Shown here one piece after another: positions 52,331 through 64,000 of a DNA stretch of 64,000 bases (position 1 is its first letter; every line of letters begins with the position of its first letter). The notes below the pieces were generated by a model. The model did no database searches. It had not been told where the DNA came from and was given only the letters and a program-made list of their open reading frames with translations. The stretch spans positions 138,076,001-138,140,000 of the forward strand of contig NC_086097.1 in assembly GCF_963921235.1 (NCBI RefSeq), read 5' to 3'. The stretch is from Mobula hypostoma. Its lineage: Eukaryota. The translations under genes were made by a program, and so were the position numbers.

Positions 52331-55300
52331 CACTGACTGTACACCGACAGACACTTCACTGACAAAGACTGTACACAGACACTTCACTGACACTGACACA
52401 CAGACTGTACACAGACAGACACTTCACTAACACTGACTGCACACAGACAGACACTTCACTGACACAGACTGTGCAAAGACAGACACTTCACTGACACTGA
52501 CTGTACACAGACAGTCTTTTCACTGACACTGAGAGTACACCGACAGACACTTCACTGACACCGACAGCACACAGACACTTCACTGACAGACTGTACACAG
52601 ACACTTCACTGACACTGACTGTACACAGACACTTCACTGACACTGACTGTACACAGACAGACACTTCACTGACACAGACTGTGCAGACAGACACTTCACT
52701 GACACTGACTGTACACAGACAGACACTTCACTGACACTGACTGTACACAGACAGACACTTCACTGACACAGACAGCACACAGACACTTCACTGACACAGA
52801 CTGTACACAGACAGACACTTCACTGACACTGACTGTACACAGAAACTTCACTGACACAGACTGTACACAGACACTTCACTGACACAGACTGTACACAGAC
52901 AGACACTTCACTGACACAGACACACAGACACTTCACTGACACAGACTGCACACAGACACTTCACTGACACTGACTGTACACAGACAGACACTTCACTGAC
53001 ACTGACACCACACAGACAGACACTTCACTGACACAGACTGTACACAGACACTTCACTCACACTGACTGCACAGACAGAAACTTCAGTGACACAGACTCTA
53101 CACAGACAGTTCACTGACACAGACTGTACACAGACACTTCACTGACAAAGACTGTACACAGACAGTTCACTGACAGTGATTGTATACAGACATTTCACTG
53201 ACACTGACTGTACACAGACAGACACTTCACTGACACAGACTGTACACAGACACTTCACTGACACAGACTGTACACAGACACTTCACTGACACTGACTGTA
53301 CACAGACACTTCACTGACACAGACTGCACACAGACAGACACTTCACTAACACTGACTGCACACAGACAGACACTTCACTGACACAGATTGTGCACAGACA
53401 CTTCACTGACACTGACTGTACACAGACAGACACTTCACTGACACAGACTGTACACAGACAGACACTTCACTGACACAGACTGTACACAGACACTTCACTG
53501 ACACTGACTGTACACAGACACTTCACTGACACAGACTGCACACAGACAGACACTTCACTGACACTGACTGCACACAGACAGACACTTCACTGACACAGAC
53601 TGTACACAGACACTTCACTGACACTGACTGTACACAGAAACTTCACTGACACTGACTGCACACAGACACTTCACTGACACAGACTGACACAGACAGACAC
53701 TTCACTGACACTGACTGCACACAGACACTTCACTGACACTGACTGTACACAGACAGACACTTCACTGACACAGACAAACAATTCACTGACACAGACTGCA
53801 CACAGACCGATACTTCACTGACACTGACTGTACACAGACAGTTCACTGACACTGACTGTACACAGACACTTCACTGACACTGACTGAACACTTCACTGAC
53901 ACTGGCTGTACACAGACAGACATTTCACTGACACTGACTGCACACAGACAGACACTTCACTGACTCAGACAGACATGTCACTGACACAGACTGCACACAG
54001 ACAGACACTTCACTGACACTGACTGTACACAGACACTTCACTGACACTGACTGTACACAGACACTTCACTGACACTGACTGTACACAGACAGACACTTCA
54101 CTGACACTAACTGTACACAGATACTTCACTGAAACAGACCGCACACAGACAGACACTTCACTTACACAGACTGTACACAGACACTTCACTGACACAGACT
54201 GCACACAGACACTTCACTGACACAGACTGTACACAGACAGACTCTTCACTGACACTGACTGTACACAGACACTTCACTGACACAGACCGCACACAGACAG
54301 ACACTTCACTTACACTGACTGTACACAGACAGACACTTCACTGACACAGACTGTACACAGACACGTCACTGACACTGTCTGTACACAGACAGACACTTCA
54401 CTGACACAGATGTACACAGACAGACACTTCACAGACACTGGACGCACACAGACACTTCACTGACACAGACTGTATACAGACAGACACTTCATTGACACTG
54501 ACTGTACACAGACACTTCACTGACACAGACTGTACACAGACAGACACTTCACTGACACTGACAGCACACAGACACTTCACTGACACTGACTGTACACAGA
54601 CAGTCACTTCACTGACACTGACTCTACACAGACAGACACTTCACTGACACTGACTGTACACAGACACTTCACTGACACTGACTACACACAGACATTTCAC
54701 TGACACTGACTGTACACAGACAGACACTTCACTGACACTGACTGTACACAGACAGACACTTCACTGACACTGACTGTACACAGACAGACACTTCACTGAC
54801 ACAGACTGCACACAGACCGATCCTTCAGTGACACTGACTGTACACAGACAGTTCACTGACACTGACTGTACACAGACACTTTTCACTGACACTGACTGAA
54901 CACAGACACTTCACTGACACTGGCTGTACACAGGCAGACATTTCACTGACACTGACTGCACACAGACAGACACTTCACTGACACAGAGTGTACACAGACA
55001 GACTCTTCACTGACACTGACTGTACACAGACACTTCACTGACACAGACCGCACACAGACAGACACTTCACTTACACTGACACCACACAGACAGACACTTC
55101 ACTGACAGAGTGTACACAGACACTTCAGTCACACTGACTGCACAGACAGAAACTTCAGTGACACAGACTCTACACAGACAGTTCACTGACTCTGACTGTA
55201 CACAGACACTTCATTGACACAGACTGCACACAGACAGACATTTCACTGACACTGACAGTACACCGACAGACACTTCACTGACACAGACTGTACACAGACG

Positions 55301-58300
55301 CTTCACTGACAAAGACTGTACACAGACAGTTCACTGACAGTGACTGTATACAGACATTTCACTGACACTGACTGTACACAGACAGTTCACTGACACTGAC
55401 TGTACACAGACACTTCAGTGACACTGACTGTACACCGACACTTCACTGACACTGACTGTACACAGACACTTCAGTGACACTGACTATACACAGACACTTC
55501 ACTGACACTGACTGTACACCGACAGACACTTCACTGACAAAGACTGTACACAGACACTTCACTGACACAGACTGTACACAGACAGTTCACTGACACTGAC
55601 TGTACACAGACACTTCACTGACACTGACTGTACACAGACAGACATTTCACTGACACAGACAGTACACCGACAGACACTTCACTGACAGCGACAGCACACA
55701 GACAGACAATTCACTGACACAGACTGTACACAGACACTTCACTGACAAAGACTGTACACAGACAGTTCACTGACACAGACTGTACACAGACAGTTCACTG
55801 ACACTGACTGCACACAGACACTTCACTGACACAGACTGTACACACAGACACTTCACTGACACAGACTGCACACAGACAGACACTTCACTGACACAGACTG
55901 TACACAGACACATCACTGACACAGACTGTACACAGACACTTCATTGACACTGACCGTACACAGACAGACACTTCACTCACACAGACAGCACACAGACATA
56001 CCCTTCATTTTCACTGACTGTACACAGATACTTCACTGACACTGACTGCACAGACAAAAAATTCAGTGACACAGACTGTACACAGACAATTCACTGACAC
56101 AGACTGCACACAGACAGACATTTCACTGACACTGACTGTACACCGACAGACACTTCACTGACACAGACTGTACACAGACACTTCACTGACACAGACTGTA
56201 CACAGACAGTTCACTGACACTGACTGTACACAGACACTTCAGTGACACTGACTGTACACAGACACTTCACTGACACAGACTGTACACAGACAGACACTTC
56301 ATTGACACTGACTGTACACAGACACTTCACTGACACAGACTGTACACAGACCGACACTTCACTGACACCGACAGCACACAGACAGACACTTCACTGACAC
56401 AGACTGTACACAGACAACACTTCACTGACACAGACTGCACACAGACACTTCACTGACACTCACTGTACACAGACACTTCACTGACACTGACTGTACACAG
56501 ACAGACACTTCACAGACACAGACAGTACACAGACAGTTCACTGACACTGACTACACACAGACATTTCACTGACACTGACCGTCCACAGACTCTTCACTGA
56601 CACTAACTGTACACAGACAGACACTTCACTGACAGACTGTGCACAGATACTTCACTCACACTGACTACACAGACAGAAACTTCAGTGACATAGACTCTAC
56701 ACAGACAGTTCACTGACACAGACTGTACACAGACACTTCACTGACAAAGACTGTACACAGACAGTTCACTGACAGTGATTGTATACAGACATTTCACTGA
56801 CACTGACTGTACACAGACAGAAACTTCAGTGACACAGACAGTACACAGACACTTCACTGACACAGACTGTACACAGACAGTTCACTGACACTGACTACAC
56901 ACAGACACTTCACTGACACAGACTGTACACAGACACTTCACTGACACAGACTGTATACAGTTCACTAACACAGACTGTACACAGACACTTCACTGACACA
57001 GACTGTACACAGACACTTCATTGACACTGACCGTACACAGACAGACACTTCACTCACACAGACAGCACACAGACATACCCTTCATTTTCACTGACTGTAC
57101 ACAGACACTTCACTGACACTGACTGCACAGACAAAAATTCAGTGACACAGACTGTACACAGACAGTTCACTGACACAGACTGCACACAGACAGACATTTC
57201 ACTGACACTGACTGTACACCGACAGACACTTCACTGACACAGACTGTACACAGACACTTCACTGACACTGACTGTACACAGACACTTCACTGACACAGAC
57301 TGCACACACACAGACATTTCACTGACACTGACTGTACACTGACAGACACTTCACTGACACAGACTGTACACAGTTCACTGACACTGACTGTACACAGACA
57401 CTTCACTGACACTTACTGTACACAGATACTTCATTGACACAGACAGCACACAGACAGACACTTCACTGACACTGACTGCACACAGACACTTCACTGACAC
57501 AGACTGTACACAGACAGACACTTCACTGACACAGACACTTCACTGACACAGTCTGCACACAGACCGATACTTCACTGACACTGACTGTACACAGACAGTT
57601 CACTGACACTGACTGTACACAGACACTTCACTGACACTGACTGCACACAGCTATTTCACTGACACAGACTGTACACAGACAGACACTTCATTGAAAACTG
57701 ACCGTACACAGACAGACACTTCACTGACACAGACACTTCACTGACACAGACTGCACACGGACCGATACTTCACTGACACTGACTGTACACAGACAGTTCA
57801 CTGACACTGACTGTACACAGACACTTCACTGACACTGACTGAACACAGACACTTCACTGACACTGGCTGTACACAGGCAGACATTTCACTGACACTGACT
57901 GCACACAGACAGACACTTCACTGACACAGAGTGTACACAGATACTTCACTGAAACAGACCGCACACAGACAGACACTTCACTTACACTGACTGTACACAG
58001 ACACTTCACCGACACTGACTGAACACAGACACTTCACTGACACTGGCTGTACACAGACAGACTCTTCACTGACACTAACTGTACACAGATACTTCACTGA
58101 AACAGACCGCACACAGACAGACACTTCACTTACACAGACTGTACACAGACACTTCACTGACACTGACTGAACACAGACACTTCACTGACACTGGCTGTAC
58201 ACAGACAGACTCTTCACTGACACTGACTGTACACAGATACTTCACTGAAACAGACCGCACACAGACAGACACTTCACTTACACTGACTGTACACAGACAG

Positions 58301-61300
58301 ACACTTCACTGACACAGACTGTACACAGACACCTCACTGACACTGTCTGTACACAGACAGACACTTCACTGACACAGATGTACACAGACAGACACTTCAC
58401 AGACACTGGACGCACACAGACACTTCACTGACACAGACTGTATACAGACAGACACTTCATTGACACTGACTGTACACAGACACTTCACTGACACAGACTG
58501 TACACAGACAGACACTTCACTGACACCGACAGCACACAGAAAGACACTTCACTGACACTGACTGTACACAGACAGTCACTTCACTGACACTGACTCTACA
58601 CAGACAGACACTTCACTGACACTGACTGTACACAGACACTTCACTGACACTGACTACACACAGACATTTCACTGACACTGACTGTACACAGACAGACACT
58701 TCATTGAAAACTGACCGTACACAGACAGACACTTCACTGACACAGACACTTCACTGACACAGACTGCACACAGACCGATACTTCACTGACACTGACTGTA
58801 CACAGACAGTTCACTGACACTGACTGTACACAGACACTTTACTGACACTGACTGAACACAGACACTTCACTGACACTGGCTGTACACAGGCAGACATTTC
58901 ACTGACACTGACTGCACACAGACAGACACTTCACTGACACAGAGTGTACACAGACAGACTCTTCACTGACACTGACTGTACACAGATACTTCACTGAAAC
59001 AGACCGCACACAGACAGACACTTCACTTACACTGACTGTACACAGACAGACACTTCACTGACAGACTGTGCACAGACTCTTCAATCACACTGACTGCACA
59101 GACAGAAACATCAGTGACACAGACTCTACACAGACAGTTCACTGACTCTGACTATACACAGACACTTCACTGACACAGACTGTACACAGACAGACACTTC
59201 ACTGACACTGACAGCACACCGACAGACACTTCACTGACACAGACTGTACACAGAAAGACACTTCATTGACACTGACTGTACACAGACACTTCACTGACAG
59301 TGACTGTATACAGACATTTCACTGACACTGACTGTACACAGACAGTTCACTGACACTGACTGTACACAGACACTTCAGTGACACTGACTGTACACCGACA
59401 CTTCACTGACACTGACTGTACACAGACACTTCAGTGACACTGACTATACACAGACACTTCACTGACACTGACTGTACACCGACAGACACTTCACTGACAA
59501 AGACTGTACACAGACACTTCACTGACACAGACTGTACACAGACAGTTCACTGACACTGACTGTACACAGACACTTCACTGACACTGACTGTACACAGACA
59601 GACATTTCACTGACACAGACAGTACACCGACAGACACTTCACTGACAGCGACAGCACACAGACAGACAATTCACTGACACAGACTGTACACAGACACTTC
59701 ACTGACAAAGACTGTACACAGACAGTTCACTGACACAGACTGTACACAGACAGTTCACTGACACTGACTGCACACAGACACTTCACTGACACAGACTGTA
59801 CACAGACACTTCACTGACACAGACTGTATACAGTTCACTAACACAGACTGTACACAGACACTTCACTGACACAGACTGTACACAGACACTTCATTGACAC
59901 TGACCGTACACAGACAGACACTTCACTCACACAGACAGCACACAGACATACCCTTCATTTTCACTGACTGTACACAGATACTTCACTGACACTGACTGCA
60001 CAGACAAAAAATTCAGTGACACAGACTGTACACAGACAATTCACTGACACAGACTGCACACAGACAGACATTTCACTGACACTGACTGTACACCGACAGA
60101 CACTTCACTGACAAAGACTGTACACAGACACTTCACTGACACAGACTGTACACAGACAGTTCACTGACACTGTCTGTACACAGACACTTCAGTGACACTG
60201 ACTGTACACAGACACTTCACTGACACAGACTGTACACAGACACTTCACTGACACTGACTGTACACAGACAGACATTTCACTGACACTGACAGTACACCGA
60301 CAGACACTTCACTGACAGCGACAGCACACAGACAGACACTTCACTGATACAGACTGTACACAGACAGTTCACTGACACTGACTGTACACAGACACTTCGC
60401 TGCCACAGACTGCACACACACAGAAATTTCACTGACACTGACTGTACACTGACAGACACTTCACTGACACAGACTATTGACAGACACTTCACTGACACAG
60501 ACTGTACACAGTTCACTGACACTGACTGTACAGAGACACTTCACTGACACTTACTGTACACAGACATACACTTCATTGACACAGACAGCACACAGACAGA
60601 CACTTCACTGACACTGACTGCACACAGACACTTCACTGACACAGACTGTATACAGACAGACACTTCATTGACACTGACTGTACACAGACACTTCACTGAC
60701 ACAGACTGTACACAGACCGACACTTCACTGACACCGACAGCACACAGACAGACACTTCACTGACACAGACTGTACACAGACAACACTTCACTGACACAGA
60801 CTGCACACAGACACTTCACTGACACTCACTGTACACAGACACTTCACTGACACTGACTGTACACAGACAGACACTTCACAGACACAGACAGTACACAGAC
60901 AGTTCACTGACACTGACTACACACAGACATTTCACTGACACTGACCGTCCACAGACTCTTCACTGACACTAACTGTACACAGACAGACACTTCACTGACA
61001 GACTGTGCACAGATACTTCACTCACACTGACTACACAGACAGAAACTTCAGTGACACAGACTCTACACAGACAGTTCACTGACACAGACTGTACACAGAC
61101 ACTTCACTGACAAAGACTGTACACAGACAGTTCACTGACAGTGATTGTATACAGACATTTCACTGACACTGACTGTACACAGACAGAAACTTCAGTGACA
61201 CAGACAGTACACAGACACTTCACTGACACAGACTGTACACAGACAGTTCACTGACACTGACTACACACAGACACTTCACTGACACTGACTGTACACAGAC

Positions 61301-64000
61301 ACTTCACTGACACTAACTGTACACAGACAGACACTTCACTGACAGACTGTGCACAGATACTTCACTCACACTGACTACACAGACAAAAACTTCAGTGACA
61401 CAGACTCTACACAGACAGTTCACTGACACAGACTGTACACAGACACTTCACTGACAAAGACTGTACACAGACAGTTCACTGACAGTGATTGTATACAGAC
61501 ATTTCACTGACACTGACTGTACACAGACAGAAACTTCAGTGACACAGACTGTACACAGACAGTTCACTGACACAGACTGTACACAGACACTTCACTGACA
61601 CAGACTGCACACACACAGACATTTCACTGACACTGACTGTACACTGACAGACACTTCACTGACACAGACTGTACACAGTTCACTGACACAGACTGTACAC
61701 AGACACTTCACTGACACAGACTGTACACAGACAGACACTTCATTGACACTGACCGTACACAGACAGACACTTCACTGACACAGACAGCACACAGACATTT
61801 CACTGACACTGACTGTACACAGACACTTCACTGACACTGACTGCACAGACAAAAATTCAGTGACACAGACTGTACACAGACAGTTCACTGACACAGACTG
61901 CACACAGACAGACATTTCACTGACACTGACTGTACACCGACAGACACTTCACTGACACAGACTGTACACAGTTCACTGACACTGACTGTACACAGACACT
62001 TCACTGACACTTACTGTACACAGATACTTCATTGACACAGACAGCACACAGACAGACACTTCACTGACACTGACTGCACACAGACACTTCACTGACACAG
62101 ACTGTACACAGACAGACACTTCACTGACACAGACACTTCACTGACACAGACTGCACACAGACCGATACTTCACTGACACTGACTGTACACAGACAGTTCA
62201 CTGACACTGACTGTACACAGACACTTCACTGACACTGACTGCACACAGCTATTTCACTGACACAGACTGTACACAGACAGACACTTCATTGAAAACTGAC
62301 CGTACACAGACAGACACTTCACTGACACAGACACTTCACTGACACAGACTGCACACGGACCGATACTTCACTGACACTGACTGTACACAGACAGTTCACT
62401 GACACTGACTGTACACAGACACTTCACTGACACTGACTGAACACAGACACTTCACTGACACTGGCTGTACACAGGCAGACATTTCACTGACACTGACTGC
62501 ACACAGACAACACTTCACTGACACAGAGTGTACACAGACAGACTCTTCACTGACACTGACTGTACACAGATACTTCACTGAAACAGACCGCACACAGACA
62601 GACACTTCACTTACACTGACTGTACACAGACACTTCACCGACACTGACTGAACACAGACACTTCACTGACACTGGCTGTACACAGACAGACTCTTCACTG
62701 ACACTGACTGTACACAGATACTTCACTGAAACAGACCGCACACAGACAGACACTTCACTTACACAGACTGTACACAGACACTTCACTGACACTGACTGAA
62801 CACAGACACTTCACTGACACTGGCTGTACACAGACAGACTCTTCACTGACACTGACTGTACACAGATACTTCACTGAAACAGACCGCACACAGACAGACA
62901 CTTCACTTACACTGACTGTACACAGACAGACACTTCACTGACACAGACTGTACACAGACACCTCACTGACACTGTCTGTACACAGACAGACACTTCACTG
63001 ACACAGATGTACACAGACAGACACTTCACAGACACTGACCGCACACAGACACTTCACTGACACAGACTGTATACAGACAGACACTTCATTGACACTGACT
63101 GTACACAGACACTTCACTGACACAGACTGTACACAGACAGACACTTCACTGACACCGACAGCACACAGAAAGACACTTCACTGACACTGACTGTACACAG
63201 ACAGTCACTTCACTGACACTGACTCTGCACAGACAGACACTTCACTGACACTGACTGTACACAGACACTTCACTGACACAGACTGCACACACACAGACAT
63301 TTCACTGACACTGACTGTACACTGACAGACACTTCACTGACACAGACTGTACACAGTTCACTGACACTGACTGTACACAGACACTTCACTGACACTTACT
63401 GTACACAGATACTTCATTGACACAGACAGCACACAGACAGACACTTCACTGACACTGACTGCACACAGACACTTCACTGACACAGACTGTACACAGACAG
63501 ACACTTCACTGACACAGACTGCACACAGACCGATACTTCACTGACACTGACTGTACACAGACAGTTCACTGACACTGACTGTACACAGACACTTCACTGA
63601 CACTGACTGCACACAGCTATTTCACTGACACAGACTGTACACAGACAGACACTTCATTGAAAACTGACCGTACAGAGACAGACACTTCACCGACACAGAC
63701 TGCACACGGACCGATACTTCACTGACACTGACTGTACACAGACAGTTCACTGACACTGACTGTACACAGACACTTCACTGACACTGACTGAACACAGACA
63801 CTTCACTGACACTGGCTGTACACAGGCAGACATTTCACTGACACTGACTGCACACAGACAGACACTTCACTGACACAGAGTGTACACAGACAGACTCTTC
63901 ACTGACACTGACTGTACACAGATACTTCACTGAAACAGACCGCACACAGACAGACACTTCACTTACACTGACTGTACACAGACACTTCACCGACACTGAC
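52331..64000. repeat. 28/32-bp CA-rich satellite array with higher-order repeats
   Basis: Consensus ACACTTCACTGACAC(A/T)GACTGTACACAG with an optional extra ACAG; runs off the window end. Confidence 0.97.

Noticed and set aside
22174..52430. Hundreds of long ORFs encoding (GMDSTEGVSHC)n, (GWTVLRECHTV)n or (TLPQYCPSHSV)n
   Set aside because: The 33-bp monomer is a multiple of 3 and lacks stops in several frames; ORFs occur on both strands and frameshift at each 32- or 34-bp variant. There is no unique N- or C-terminus or splice structure.
52488..62792. Cys/Val/Ser-rich minus-strand ORFs (zinc-finger or keratin-associated look)
   Set aside because: Translations of the CA-rich satellite; short and repeatedly interrupted.
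22195..64000. CRISPR-like appearance of the ~30-bp periodic repeats
   Set aside because: Head-to-tail monomers without unique spacers, no cas genes, vertebrate repeat context.
22195..64000. Common ancestry of the two satellites
   Set aside because: Only short shared words (GTG.ACAGT, G.AGTGTC on opposite strands) in low-complexity sequence; not supportable by eye.

Overview
Eukaryotic, repeat-dominated window. The repeat repertoire (CR1, Rex1/Babar-type LINEs, V-SINE/HE1-like and Deu-domain SINEs, Penelope-like elements) suggests a cartilaginous fish such as a ray or shark; this is an inference. Bases 1-22.2 kb are a mosaic of decayed and nested transposable elements with no confidently identifiable host gene (one candidate 135-bp exon). 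Bases ~22195-52130 are a ~30-kb satellite of 33-bp monomers with multi-kb higher-order repeats. Bases 52131-52330 are a 200-N scaffold gap, and 52331-64000 are a second satellite of 28/32-bp monomers. Main points: (1) an apparently intact minimal type I hammerhead ribozyme on the minus strand in a Penelope-like element (PLE) terminus (6063-6100), plus sister copies inactivated mostly at CpG positions of the catalytic core; (2) a TSD-flanked palindromic PLE insertion folded back at the ribozyme; (3) a three-level LINE/PLE/LINE nest with readable target-site duplications (TSDs); (4) the 33-bp satellite appears to grow directly out of a Deu-domain SINE whose head survives at the array edge. Family assignments come from recalled motifs, not database searches. 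The hundreds of ORFs in the satellites are artefacts of the repeat periodicity.
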